A stretch of 60,283 nt of DNA, filler included, from Circinaria calcarea (taxonomy: Eukaryota), in assembly GCA_051942165.1 (NCBI GenBank). It is 10 parts of 10 records of this genome, joined end to end, with 100 filler letters (N's around TTAATTAATTAA, not from the genome) between each part and the next. Parts side by side here need not be neighbours in the genome. Positions count along the whole stretch, not along the records: positions 24,181 to 30,120 come from JAVECS010001734.1; positions 30,221 to 36,159 come from JAVECS010001735.1; 8 more parts are not named here. The stretch is one strand, 5' to 3'. Under the pieces are notes generated by a model. The model saw only the letters and a list, made by a program, of their open reading frames with translations. It had not been told where the DNA came from and made no database searches. A program made the translations under genes and the position numbers. Of this stretch, positions 24,664-36,259 are shown one piece after another (positions within the stretch are counted from its first letter, which is position 1; each line of letters opens with the position of its first letter).

Positions 24664-25818
24664 ATGGCTCGATCCAGTACAAATAGGAACTCTATCCTTA
24701 AGGACCCACAGGAAGCGGACCAGGAGGGATGGGAGCTTAGCGTAGAGAATCTACAAAAACAGGTACAAAGCAACCCAGAGGGGGTGTATAGAGTACTACA
24801 AGAAATCATCGATGAAAGAGACTCCTGTAGAGAGCAGATTGCAACGTTAGTTCAAGAGAGAACTGACCTTGAAAGAGATGTGTTGAGGTTGACGCGGCGT
24901 CTTAATCAACAAGAACCAGAGGGACCATTGAGGTCTCGGGAACCATCAAGGGAGTCGAGGACTCAGGAGGAACAGCATGGGGGTACACCACGATCCTCAA
25001 CTAGTACTGTAGAGAAGAAGCGTTCGGCGAAGTTCCCGGACCCACCAATCCTCGATGATGGAGTAAAGCCCACCTTTCGAATATGGAACGACCAGATGAA
25101 GAGCAAGATGCGGATTAATCAGGATTGGTTCCATCAGATAAATCTGTCCGAAGAGGAGCATGCTAAAGTGGCCTACATCAAGACACGTGTGGATGGCAAA
25201 GCGGCTGAACACCTATATCCATGGCTGGAGGCTCAGGGCGACCGGGAGATCTATGTCGAAGAGGTGATCCAATGCCTTGAGAATGTTTTTGAGGACCCAG
25301 ACCGACGTTTGAAGGCTCGTGAACAGCTGAAGAAGCTCAAGATGTCTTACCTGGGAGATTTCAACGATTTTCAATCCGAGTTTCTGCGATGGGCCAACTC
25401 CGCGAAGATGCCCAGAGACCAGTGGAAGGAAGAACTCCACGATAGGCTATATGACTCACTGAGAATCCAGATGGAAATCTACGTCGCTGATGACGAGGTT
25501 ATCTTTGACGACTATTGCAGAAAGGCACAGCAGTTCGCCCGAGGATTAGCCAAGGCGGGTGAGAACACAAAGGAACGAGCCAAGGAGCTCAAGAAAAGGA
25601 GATCTAATCCTAGGATCACTAAGAAAGCGGACGCCGCGACCACTGCCACCACGATAACTAAGACGGCATTGCTGGACGTCATGTGTTACAAGTGCGGAAA
25701 GAAGGGACATTTCGCAAGGGACTGTCCTGACAACAACGACAAACTGCATGACAAGGTCAAGCAGGAGAGCAAAGCCGTAGATTCAGACAGCCCGGATTCG
25801 GGAAACGACCTACTCTAG
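24664..25818 (+). CDS. gag: Retrotransposon Gag
   Basis: First ATG at 24664; coiled-coil segment, FPDPPIL capsid-like region, CYKCGKKGHFARDC zinc knuckle. Confidence 0.92.
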   Translation: MARSSTNRNSILKDPQEADQEGWELSVENLQKQVQSNPEGVYRVLQEIIDERDSCREQIATLVQERTDLERDVLRLTRRLNQQEPEGPLRSREPSRESRTQEEQHGGTPRSSTSTVEKKRSAKFPDPPILDDGVKPTFRIWNDQMKSKMRINQDWFHQINLSEEEHAKVAYIKTRVDGKAAEHLYPWLEAQGDREIYVEEVIQCLENVFEDPDRRLKAREQLKKLKMSYLGDFNDFQSEFLRWANSAKMPRDQWKEELHDRLYDSLRIQMEIYVADDEVIFDDYCRKAQQFARGLAKAGENTKERAKELKKRRSNPRITKKADAATTATTITKTALLDVMCYKCGKKGHFARDCPDNNDKLHDKVKQESKAVDSDSPDSGNDLL

Positions 25819-25902
25819 GAGAAGTCTCCAACCTAGAGTCAGTAGAAGGAGCACGAATAGGTAAAACGAAAATGAAGATGTCAGACGTCTTGGGCGGAGA
25901 CT
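25800..25902 (+). promoter_or_regulatory. -1 programmed ribosomal frameshift signal (G_GGA_AAC plus pseudoknot)
   Basis: Slippery heptamer 25800-25806 in gag frame; the -1 frame is open into pol; stem 25812-19/25832-39; loop 25823-29 complementary to 25896-902. Confidence 0.75.
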
Positions 25903-28900
25903 CTTTTACCTTACCTTGTCGATTAGCAGCCAATGGACTGGCCATGAACGTTACCGCCCTAATAGACACGGGAGCCAACGGTGAAGTGTTTATCCATACG
26001 AAGCATTTGGACTTCGTAGAAAAGAGACTCCGGGTCTATATAAGGACGGCACAGAGGCCCGTTCCTCTTACCGGGTACAACAACAAACGTTCTGAATCGA
26101 TCTCACGAGTATTCACGGCAAACCTAGTGATCGATGGACGAAGGGTGGAGACCCATTTCATCTTCTGTGATACAGGCAGACACGACCTCTTAGTAGGAAG
26201 AAGATGGTTCGTAAAAACCAAGACTCTCCCGGACTGCGCGAACAGAAGGTTAGTCTGGCCTGAGGAGCCACCCTACCAGGCAGGTAAAGACCTGGTGGTG
26301 CCACGAAGACACGCACGTTCATTGGAAGTAGACCCTGAGCATCAATTGGATGCGGACCGCAGGGACGAACTACATAAGGCCAATGAACCGGTACGCATTT
26401 TGAAGCGTTCTGATGAAACGAATAGGGTCAAGGAACCACTCAAGGAGGTGAAGGACACCCCCCGGAAATCGGTGTTGCAGTTAAGGGCTCAGCCAGTCAC
26501 TTGGAAGATGCAACAACGTGAGGATACTCGCAAGATGAATGACCAATTACAGGGTACCTCAATGGAGCAGGTACCGGTAAAGCAGAAGAAGGCTAAGAAG
26601 CCTAAAGGAGCACCGCTGTACACGGGTGCTGATATTGCGTTACTAGAGGCTGCAGGGTTCCTTCGAGGCGCAAAGAAGGAAGGTGTGGAGGTAGGAACCA
26701 CCTCAATTGGTGAGATTAATCACTTGATCGAAGAAAAACTTGGTGAAGGCCTAGTCCCGGAGGATTCAGGAGAGGTTCGACGCATGATCAAGGATCGTTT
26801 GCCTTCCCAGTACTGGGAGTTCGCTGATGTGTTCAGCAAGGCCGCTTCTGATAAGCTGCCGTTGCACAAAGAGAAGGTGGACCACGATATCGTGTTGGAA
26901 GCAGAGAATAACCTGCTACCGAGTCCTCTCTACAGCATGTCCCTGGAACAGTTGGAGCTAGTCAAGGAATATCTCAAGGATCATTTGTATAAGGGATTCA
27001 TTGTTCCTAGTGATGCACCTTACGCATCGCCAGTCTTATTCGCAAAGAAGCCTGGAGGGGGGTGGCGATTCTGCGTTGATTACAGGAAACTCAATGCAAT
27101 CACCAAAAAGGACAGATACCCGCTGCCTCTAATAGAGGAAACACTCGCTCGGCTGGCTAAAGCTAAGGTATTTACTAAGCTGGATATCCGACAAGCATTC
27201 TACCGCATTAGGATGAGGGAATCAGTGGAGGACCTGACTACTTTCCGTACGAGGTATGGATCGTATAAGTACAAGGTACTACCTTTCGGCCTATGCAATG
27301 GACCCGCCTCGTTTCAGCGGTATATCAACGACGTCTTGTTCGATTGCTTAGACGACATCTGCACCGCTTACGTGGATGATATCCTTATTTACTCGGATGA
27401 TCCTTTAGTGCATGAGGCTCATGTAAAGAAGGTGCTTCAACGTCTCAAGGAGGCCGGACTACAGGCGGATATTAAGAAGAGCGAGTTCAGCGTTACATCG
27501 ACAAAGTTCTTGGGCTACATCATCAGCACAGATGGCATTAGCATGGATCCAGAAAAGATTGCTGTGGTAAAGGATTGGCCCGTACCAAAATCAGTCAAGG
27601 ATGTGCAGTCGTTCTTAGGCTTCTGCAACTTCTACCGAGTGTCACTGAAGAGGTGGGGGCGCGTGATTCGTCCAATCACTAAGCTTACAGGCAAAGGAGC
27701 ATGGCATTCGTTTGGTGAAGTGGAAACGCAGGCCTTCGAGAGGGCTAAAGAGTTAGTGTTGTCTGCAGAGATCAGGGCACACTACTCGCCCTACTTACCT
27801 ACAAGGACGGAAACCGATGCAAGTGACGGAGTTGTGGCAGGTGTGCTCACACAGCTTCAGAAGGACAACAAATGGAAGCCCGTGGCTTACTTCTCTAAGA
27901 CGATGTCACCAGAAGAAACCCGCTACGAGATTCATGATAAAGAGATGTTGGCAGTAGTACGTGCTCTACAGGAATGGCGTGGTATGTTACTGGGCTTGCA
28001 GGAAGTCCCTTTCACCGCCATCACTGATCATAGAGCTTTGGAGTACTTCACCACCAAGAGGTTGCTGAATCCTCGTCAAGCGAGATGGGCAGATATAGTG
28101 GCCGACTACAACTTTAAGATCACGTATCGACCTGGAACAGCAAACGTGGTAGCAGACGCGCTTACGAGAAAGCATGGTGAAATGCTCACTCAGAAGGAAA
28201 AGAACGTCGCCTCGCGCACTCAGGTATTCATTGATCCTAGCTGTGTAGTCGCTGTTACAGAAGATGAACCTGGTTCGACGAATGAACCTACTGAAGAGGA
28301 GGAAGGAAGCCTTCCGGACATATCCGCCGAGGTCACCAGGGCAAGGCCATATGAACTGGTTGATCGCATCCTGAAAGCGAATCGTTCTGATAAATCGCTG
28401 GATAAGCACCGTGAGATGGCTAAGCAAGAGCAACGCGGCTGGTCTTTGAAGCAAGACCTACTCACTCGTTTTGGACGACTAATGGTTCCTGAGGCGGATG
28501 ACCTGCGGACGCACCTTATTAACGAGGTACACTCAACGCTCGTCACGGCTCATTCAGGCAAGACGAAGACGGCTAAGCTGGTAGCTGCGCAGTATTACTG
28601 GCCAGGATTACCCAGTGATTGCTCGAGGTTCGTTGCGAACTGCCGAACCTGTCGTCGAACCCATGTGCCAAGAGATAAGACACCAGGGCTATTGCACCCA
28701 CTCCCGATTGGTGATAAGTGTTGGCAACACGTTTCTTTCGACTTCAAGTCATTTCCAGTAGACAAGAAGGGCTACGACAATATCTTCGTCATAGTCGATC
28801 GTTTTGGAAAGAGGGCGTTCTCATTACCATGTAATAAGACGGTCACTGCAGCCAAGGCGGCTGAGCTGTATTATACACACGTGTGGAGGATCTATGGCAC

Positions 28901-29924
28901 TCCGGAAACAGCTACTTCGGATCGAGGACCTCAGTTCATATCGGCATTTACGGATGAACTATGCAAGCTAATGGGCGTTAAGCAGAAGCTTTCCACCGCC
29001 TATCACCCTCAAACGGACGGTAGCACTGAAGTGTTGAACCAATACATCGATCAGCGGCTACGCCCTTTCGTGAATCACTTTCAGGATAACTGGTCGGATC
29101 TGTTACCTGCAATGGACTACGCACAGGCTATCCTGCCACATTCGGCTACGGGTATGTCACCATACGAGTTGGAACTCGGTCAAACACCTCGTCTTCATTT
29201 CAATTGGGGAGAGAGAACAATGGAGTCATCTACCGTACGTGAGCAACTCACAAGAGAGGAAGCACAGGCTTTCGCAGGCAGAAACCATGGAGCGGTGGAA
29301 TGGGTGAGAGGAAATCTCAAGAAGGCACAAGACGCCATGACCGTTCAGGCTAATAAGCACCGCCGCGAACCTGATTTCAATGTGGGTGATTGGGTATACG
29401 TTACTCGCAAAGGATGGACGACGGAACGTCCTAGTCTGAAGTTAGACCACCAGGCCGCAGGGCCATATAAGATCTTGTCAATGAAAGGACATTCTTACGT
29501 GTTGGATTTGCCTAAGCATATGAAGATGGACGCTGTTTTCCATGCCGATCGCCTTAGAAAATCAGACGAGGATCCTTTACCTGGACAAGTACAGGAACCT
29601 GAACCACCGACGGAGGTCAATGGTGAACCCGAATACGCGGTCGACACTATACTAGCAAGTCGTGTACGTCACGGTGTCTTGCAGTATCAGGTATCCTGGC
29701 TGGGGTATGATCCTGACTCCGAGTGGTACGACGCGAACGGCTTCATTGGGTCACCGGACAAGGTCAAGGCATATCATGACGCTTATCCGCAGAAGGCAGG
29801 ACCGCCAGTAAGGTTGGAAGCATGGTTGGAAGCGTTCAGGTCTGGTCAAGAGTTGGAACCTACAGATGAAGACAATGTCGCTGTAGCGAAGGGTGTGAGA
29901 CAACGTCAAAGAAGGAGGGCGTAG
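25800..29924 (+). CDS. pol: Retrotransposon Pol (protease, RT, RNase H, integrase, chromodomain)
   Basis: LIDTGA protease; LPFGL...YVDD RT; TDAS...E RNase H; H-H-C-C plus D-D-E integrase; GPY motif; EYAVDTIL...YQVSWLGY chromodomain. No stops in 1350 codons. Confidence 0.96.
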   Translation, partial: GKRPTLGEVSNLESVEGARIGKTKMKMSDVLGGDSFTLPCRLAANGLAMNVTALIDTGANGEVFIHTKHLDFVEKRLRVYIRTAQRPVPLTGYNNKRSESISRVFTANLVIDGRRVETHFIFCDTGRHDLLVGRRWFVKTKTLPDCANRRLVWPEEPPYQAGKDLVVPRRHARSLEVDPEHQLDADRRDELHKANEPVRILKRSDETNRVKEPLKEVKDTPRKSVLQLRAQPVTWKMQQREDTRKMNDQLQGTSMEQVPVKQKKAKKPKGAPLYTGADIALLEAAGFLRGAKKEGVEVGTTSIGEINHLIEEKLGEGLVPEDSGEVRRMIKDRLPSQYWEFADVFSKAASDKLPLHKEKVDHDIVLEAENNLLPSPLYSMSLEQLELVKEYLKDHLYKGFIVPSDAPYASPVLFAKKPGGGWRFCVDYRKLNAITKKDRYPLPLIEETLARLAKAKVFTKLDIRQAFYRIRMRESVEDLTTFRTRYGSYKYKVLPFGLCNGPASFQRYINDVLFDCLDDICTAYVDDILIYSDDPLVHEAHVKKVLQRLKEAGLQADIKKSEFSVTSTKFLGYIISTDGISMDPEKIAVVKDWPVPKSVKDVQSFLGFCNFYRVSLKRWGRVIRPITKLTGKGAWHSFGEVETQAFERAKELVLSAEIRAHYSPYLPTRTETDASDGVVAGVLTQLQKDNKWKPVAYFSKTMSPEETRYEIHDKEMLAVVRALQEWRGMLLGLQEVPFTAITDHRALEYFTTKRLLNPRQARWADIVADYNFKITYRPGTANVVADALTRKHGEMLTQKEKNVASRTQVFIDPSCVVAVTEDEPGSTNEPTEEEEGSLPDISAEVTRARPYELVDRILKANRSDKSLDKHREMAKQEQRGWSLKQDLLTRFGRLMVPEADDLRTHLINEVHSTLVTAHSGKTKTAKLVAAQYYWPGLPSDCSRFVANCRTCRRTHVPRDKTPGLLHPLPIGDKCWQHVSFDFKSFPVDKKGYDNIFVIVDRFGKRAFSLPCNKTVTAAKAAELYYTHVWRIYGTPETATSDRGPQFISAFTDELCKLMGVKQKLSTAYHPQTDGSTEVLNQYIDQRLRPFVNHFQDNWSDLLPAMDYAQAILPHSATGMSPYELELGQTPRLHFNWGERTMESSTVREQLTREEAQAFAGRNHGAVEWVRGNLKKAQDAMTVQANKHRREPDFNVGDWVYVTRKGWTTERPSLKLDHQAAGPYKILSMKGHSYVLDLPKHMKMDAVFHADRLRKSDEDPLPGQVQEPEPPTEVNGEPEYAVDTILASRVRHGVLQYQVSWLGYDPDSEWYDANGFIGSPDKVKAYHDAYPQKAGPPVRLEAWLEAFRSGQELEPTDEDNVAVAKGVRQRQRRRA

Positions 29925-29968
29925 CCGTGTGTTCATAGCTTCGAGACCTGGGGACAGGTCTCCTGTCT

Positions 29969-29980
29969 GGAAGGGGGTGA
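29969..29980 (+). other. Polypurine tract
   Basis: GGAAGGGGGTGA immediately before the TG of the 3' LTR; preceded by hairpin GAGACCTG-GGGA-CAGGTCTC (29943-29962). Confidence 0.8.
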
Positions 29981-30120
29981 TGTTATGGCTATAACATACG
30001 AGTGCAACACCGTGGTGATAAGGTGACGGATTAGGTCTAGCGTGGTTTAGCGTTAGCGAGCCTTGGCGGGTTGCTTATATTCGCGTGTCCCAGACACCTT
30101 CAATCCTTATGTTATTCTAG
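29981..30120 (+). repeat. 3' LTR (5' portion, starts TGTTATGG)
   Basis: Follows the PPT; last 69 bp duplicate the contig start. Confidence 0.88.
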
Positions 30121-30220
30121 NNNNNNNNNNNNNNNNNNNNNNNNNNNNNNNNNNNNNNNNNNNNTTAATTAATTAANNNNNNNNNNNNNNNNNNNNNNNN
30201 NNNNNNNNNNNNNNNNNNNN

Positions 30221-30405
30221 TTTTCCACTGCGATCAATGGTCAGAGACCATGGCTGCTGAATCGATGCTCGAACGATAGCTTACTTCCCCCTGCGCTGTC
30301 GTCCTTACTACATCGAGAACAACTGCCATAGAGTCAATGCCAGCTCGTGAATGGATAGGTGCAAAGCCTACTCTCCCTCAGGGCGTCGATTGCTGACGTG
30401 CCCAT
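30221..30405 (-). CDS. SEC1: Sec1/Munc18 family protein, first exons (truncated)
   Basis: Two short GT-AG introns give MGTSAIDALRE-IVLDVVRTTAQGE-WK, matching the fungal Sec1 N-terminus that precedes WKVLVVD. Absent from the ORF track. Confidence 0.6.
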
Positions 30406-30783
30406 GACTGTATTACCGCCGTAGACCACGCGGGTTCTGCATTCATCGAGTGTGTTGGAAAACCAGACCACAGATTGATACTTTATGCCATCGAAAGACT
30501 CTCATTCATTGCGTGGGAAAGCAGCGCGCTGCTGATGCCTGTTGTGTCTTGCTTGAGGGGTCACCAACATGGAGGGGAGGTGGATAATATGACGAACGCT
30601 AGACGGGTTCATTTTTCGCTAGCTGTAGATTAAAGGCTGTGGCGTGAGTGGCGCTTTTTGTATTGCTACAAAGTCAAATCTGTTTCCGCTGTAGAGCCTA
30701 TCTACTTACTGTAGTTCAGGCTTCGATCAAATCTATCAACCTGGACTCCCAATCCGTCGTGATCATCACATACAGAACCTGGA

Positions 30784-33513
30784 ATGAGAACAACTGACAT
30801 CCAAGCAGGCCAATGTCTTTTCTGCAGGTTCAGATTTCAGCCATGGTCCCTAACTACATCACCGCGGAGAGATATATCAACGCGGAGTTTAAAGAAGCAA
30901 CCGTCCCATAGGAACTACCAAGGAATCCATGCTTTCACATCACTGCAATTTTGGGGGCTTAGACCCCATCGTACTAAGCCCTCCATCACAGTCCGTCCAC
31001 TACGAAAAGTTGAAAACGCCCTTCGACCGCAACCTATCATCAAACTCCATCGTATTAGGCCCTCCATCACAGCCCGTCCATTACGAAAAGCCGAAAACGC
31101 CCTTCGACCGCAACCCGTCATCCAACTCCATCGTATTAAGCCCTCCATTACAGCCCGTCCACTACGAAAAGTTGAAAACCTCCTTCGACCGCAACCTGCC
31201 ATCAAACGGCTTATGGTAAATCAGTGATACTGGTCAGGTGTACTATCGATCAAGGCTAATCACATCACAGAGGCCTAGCCGTCTACGGCAAAAATTGCAG
31301 CTGAGGACTGGCTTCGACTACTCTGAACGGGTCGCACGCGAGCCTATAAAGGATGCGGACCTCATACCTTTGATAAACAAGCGGTTAGGTATTCTATCCG
31401 AGAGGTTAGGGGATGAAGACTTCCTTTCTTCGGTTGGTTTAGAGGGGATGAAGGAAAAAGCGGAATTACAACTAGATGAATTCGCGGATAAAGTCAAACG
31501 GCAGTTCTTAGAATGGAAAAGTTCTCAGTCCAGCAGGGAGGCTCCACCAACGTTAGAATCTCTACGTCGAGCATTCAATCAGCATGGGCAAGTTGGGATG
31601 GATGCCCAGCTGAAATTTGCTTTTCAAGGTCACATAGCCAACTCCGCATTTACAAAGTCCGATATTTGGAATCAAGCATATCTGGCGGATCTACGCTATC
31701 CTTCCGAGTGGTATCCAGCGACAAGGGCTTTTCAACGTACGATACACCTTCATGTAGGGCCCACAAACTCAGGAAAGACATACCACGCATTGAAACGGCT
31801 GGAACAAGCAGAAAGTGGCATATATGCCGGACCACTAAGATTGCTAGCTCACGAGGTGTATAGCAGACTGAATGCTAAAGGGAAACTGTGCCATCTTATC
31901 ACGGGCGATGAAAGGATTGTGACCGAGAGTGAAACCAGCGAGACGAAAATGAGTAGCTGCACCGTTGAGATGGTCCCAATCAATAAGGAAGTTGATGTCG
32001 CGGTGGTCGATGAAATTCAGATGATCGGAAGTAGGGAAAGAGGATGGGCATGGACACAGGCTGTGCTCGGCCTGAAAGCCAAAGAACTTCATCTTTGCGG
32101 AGAAGAGAGAGCTGTGCCACTTATCAAAGAACTTACAGCAGCTATTGGAGACAAGTTAGAAATTCATCGATATACCCGTTTGAGCCCACTGAGAACCATG
32201 TCCACGAGTTTGGAAGGAGACTTGACGAAGCTTCGCAAAGGGGACTGCGTTGTCACTTTTTCAAGACTTGGAATTCACGCCTTAAAGAAGGCTATTGAGC
32301 AGCAAACAGGGAAGCGTGTTGCTGTTGTGTATGGAAGCTTGCCTCCCGAGACGAGAGCACAACAAGCTAAGCTGTTCAACGATCCTGACAACGACTATGA
32401 CATCTTAGTTGCAAGTGATGCTATTGGTATGGGTTTGAATTTGTGAGCATGGTTCTGCGCCCAATGAATTTCTCGGCTTACTCGATTTTCAGGAGCATCA
32501 AACGCGTTATCTTTGAGACGGTATACCGAAGTGATGGGCAGAATTACAGAGTTCTGCCCGTATCAGACATTAAACAGATTGCAGGTCGGGCTGGTAGATT
32601 CCGCACCGCTGCCGATGACCAGAAGGAGGAAGAGAAGAAAATCTCTATACGCTATACCGAGCAGAAGTCTCCTAGAATGTCGACAGCTTTCCCCCCGACC
32701 CAGAATCTCGGGCTAGTTACCTCACTTGATAAGCTAGACCTTCCAATCATACAGCGTGCCATGCAAACCGAAGCCGAGCCCATTACGAGTGCCGGCATCT
32801 TTCCACCAGCGACTATTTTGCAAAAATTCGCCACCTACTTTCCTCCCGAGACACCATTCAGCTACGTTATGCTTCGCCTCCACGAGATATCTCGAATGCA
32901 CCCCCGGTTTCACCTTTGCGAACTTCGAGATCAAATTGGTATCGCGGATGTACTCCATCCCATCAAGGATCTGACTGTTGGTGATCGAATTAGTATATGC
33001 GCTGCCCCCGCCAATCTAAGGGACAAAGATACGCCGATGATGCTGACAGCATTCGCAAAATGTGTTGCCAACCAAGGTGGCGGCAGTATACTAGAGATTC
33101 CTGAGCTAAACTTGGAGATACTGGACCATGAAATGACGGCGGACAAGATGTATCTAAGCTCGCTTGAGACGTTACACAAAGCTCTTGTTCTATACCTTTG
33201 GTTGAGCTACAGGTTCAGTGGCATCTTTACGACTCAAGGATTGGCATTTCATGTCAAGACCCAGGTGGAAGAAAAGATAGACAAGGTGCTTGCCGGGTTC
33301 TCTTTCAACAAAAACGCCAGAGACAATATAAGGAGGAGGCGGGAGCTCTCCATACTCCGCGACTTTGGGAAAAGGTACAAGGGCGGCTATGTGACAGTGA
33401 GACCTGTACACTTGGGTTCTGCAACTTCTCCTAGCATGAATGGGGATCAAGAGTCTTCGCTCCTGCTTGATGGAGACTTGGCAGAGCTGAAGCAATTAGC
33501 CGCGGCAGCTTAG
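30784..33513 (+). CDS. SUV3: Mitochondrial RNA helicase Suv3
   Basis: HVGPTNSGKT, GPLRLLAHE, DEIQ, VYGSLPPE, ASDAIGMGLNL, QIAGRAGR, YLWLSYRF. Exons 30784-31215, 31271-32442, 32493-33513. Confidence 0.94.
30965..31207 (+). repeat. Coding tandem repeat, 3 x 81 bp (27 aa) in SUV3 exon 1
   Basis: CATCGTA.TA.GCCCTCCAT at 30967, 31048 and 31129; unit HRIKPSITARPLRKVENALRPQPIIKL. Confidence 0.93.
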
Positions 33514-34614
33514 TTTGATGTACTCTCATGAATGCTTTACGAGACCAATCAGACACATCTACAAACTAGCCTGGATTGATGATCTCACTCCGCTTTTCCG
33601 GACAGATGCGTTTTGGTGAAGTTGTTTCTTATTTTCGCGAAATGGAGGGTTCTTGGACGGGAAGGTCCAACGCTCTACTATCAATACGCATTCGTCGTAA
33701 ACAGAAGGTGGTAAGCTAAATACCCGTTTACTATTCGACTCCCGCCTCCTTAAATTTCACCGAAACGCATGGATGCTCATAGTCTGCTGTGATTAATCTC
33801 CTTAAATACGGGGTCGATGTGATTGCCTTGATCAACTCCTTCCTTGCTCTCCCACAACTTGAGCACCTGATCTTCACTGTGTCACTATTGACGACAAAAC
33901 ATGCCATCCGAGCCCATTGAATTACTTGAACCTGCAGCCGCCCTCCAACCACTGGCTCCATCAATGTCCACGGGAGTGAATCGAGACGGTCTTCTCTGGA
34001 TACCTCACTCCACCAGCAGACCAAAGATGAGATATCATATGGCTCGCTTAGACAAGGATCAGCTTCAGGGCTCGTTTAGCAGGATGGTATTTGCACACAT
34101 CATTTCAGACCGCCACATCCAATCTCATCACTGCGTCCTGACAACCCTCTCAACCGACCAACGATCAGCTTCTAATTGTTACGAGATCTTGCAGACATTA
34201 CCAGCTGCAGTGCAACCTGCACTGGGACGGTGCGCACCACGTCGACTCAACTGGTGCATCAAAGACGATTTCCGTAAAGTAAACACGAGTGAGGATATCA
34301 CATTGCAAAGGCATAAGGAGCTCACTTTCATCGCTGCAAGACAGACGCTCATCTTAGTACATGAGCAATGCTACCTGGCATACCTCCTCGCCTACATTAT
34401 CTTGCTTAGCTGCGCTATATCTGCCAACAGCTCGCCAGCAGCTATACCAGGCTTTGTTGTAACCAGGAGCAGTCACTGCAGTCGAGGACAGGTTAGCCCA
34501 CTCAATGCTGATTTTCACTACATTACAGCTAACTCAACCTCGACGGAATGTAGACTTTACTCCTGGAACATTACACCTCTGAAGATACACACTATCTGAA
34601 ATTCGCCTCGTGCA

Positions 34615-36159
34615 ATGGAACCGTCTCCATCAAAACCCAAGCTGCAGTCAGGACAGGCAGATCAAGGTCCGAGAACAGCCTCGGGTCTGAAGACGGCACC
34701 AGGGTTACCTTTGCTAGGAAGCCAAACCGATATGAGCAGGGACCTACAACGCAAGCCACCGCTACCGACAGAGGCATTGGATCTTATAAGACCCGACGCT
34801 GACACCAACGTCTCTTCACCCAAGGCTAAAGATCATCGTGCCAAGGTGACCTCCCCAGTTAAGTCTCCACAACATCGAATGTCACCAGGGTCATACAAGG
34901 AGAATGCATATGGGAGAGGCGATACAAAGTCAACAAGAGTAATCACTACAGATTTTAGGGAGGCACGAAAGGTTGATGTATTCACTGCGCCTCACACACC
35001 ACCGAAAGAACGTCCTAGCAACAGGACCCAGAACCATGCACCAGCTTTTCGCGGATACGAAATCCTATCACCTCATGCGCGGGCACAAGCTACTTCACCT
35101 CAGAACACGCCAACCTCTTCGATGGTTAGAAAAGACAGCCAAAGCCCACAGAAATTCGTATATTCGCCCCCTACCGCCCACGGATCTCCTAGTACACCAA
35201 CCCCCAGACCGAGGGATACGAGCGCAGAGATAGCGGACATTGTCTCTCGTATACCACGTACGACGATCCGTTCTACTCCACAAAGTACTCCGCATAGAAG
35301 TCCTCTATCGACTCCCCGCAGAAGAACGGTTTATGCTGATACTTCGACACGATTGCTTGCTGACACACGTGGCGAGATTGAATGGGTTAAGGGTGTCGGT
35401 ATAAAGCGAGCCGACGACCATCATGAGCTAGAAATCGGACAGGATGTGAAGCAGAAGGTACCAGTTATTGAAAGCGACGTTTTCCCACTGACGGACCATT
35501 CCACCTCAGAACACCATGCCAGGGCCAAAGAAATCAGGTGGATATCGGAGAAAGATGGCTTTGAGGTTGTTCTCGAGGGGAAGGAGCGGCCTGTCATAGC
35601 TGCCAAATCTGTATCAAGAGTATGCTATTGTATTGAACGAAGGATGTTCCATCTCGTTCCTAACAAGCTTCTCGCAAGTGCATCGTTCGGCGACGTATTG
35701 CTCGAGATTGGGGGTGATGATTCGACTCCATTCAGATTTCGTTCGTTGGTAGAAAATCGCTTTGGCGCCACCAAAGTCGATAAAGAAGATCCGTAAGTAG
35801 GCCATTCATGCATCCTTTAACGAACTTTTATATTCACTGAATGATCCACAGTGAATACTTCGTAAAACGAGAACGTCAGTTTCAGCAGTCTCGTGACGCA
35901 GCAATATTACAAGGATCACCCCAAGCTACCTATCGGTATCATAGGGAGCGATCGCTATCCGTAATCAGTGACCGTCCTGAGTTATCAGGTCCGAACCGCG
36001 ACCGAAGTGCAATCCTCAACAAGCATTCAGCAGGTGGGAGTCCGAGCCGTCGCGAAAAGAGGGCGCCCAACGTTCGTAGCGAGTCACCGACCAGAGTCGC
36101 TTCCCGCCTTCAGTCTCAGGTACATATGAGGTCTACTAAGTCTCGGGTCATTACGGATT
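34615..36159 (+). CDS. Large Ser/Pro/Arg-rich protein, 3'-truncated (possibly the N-terminal region of a Ulp2-like SUMO protease)
   Basis: 393-aa ORF spliced (GTAAGT near 35793) into the 35841 ORF frame. Disordered region followed by a small beta-rich domain. No catalytic motif visible, so identity is a guess. Confidence 0.5.
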
Positions 36160-36259
36160 NNNNNNNNNNNNNNNNNNNNNNNNNNNNNNNNNNNNNNNNN
36201 NNNTTAATTAATTAANNNNNNNNNNNNNNNNNNNNNNNNNNNNNNNNNNNNNNNNNNNN

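Larger units (their letters stand above)
24181..30120 (+). mobile_element. Intact Ty3/Gypsy LTR retrotransposon (chromovirus), collapsed/circularly permuted contig
   Basis: gag with CCHC knuckle; pol with PR-RT-RH-IN-chromodomain order; LTR pieces at both ends; 30052-30120 is identical to 24181-24249. Confidence 0.97.

Noticed and set aside
33901..34599. 232-aa ORF upstream of the Ser/Pro-rich gene
   Set aside because: No recognisable domain and contains splice-like signals; may be UTR or partial exons, so not called.
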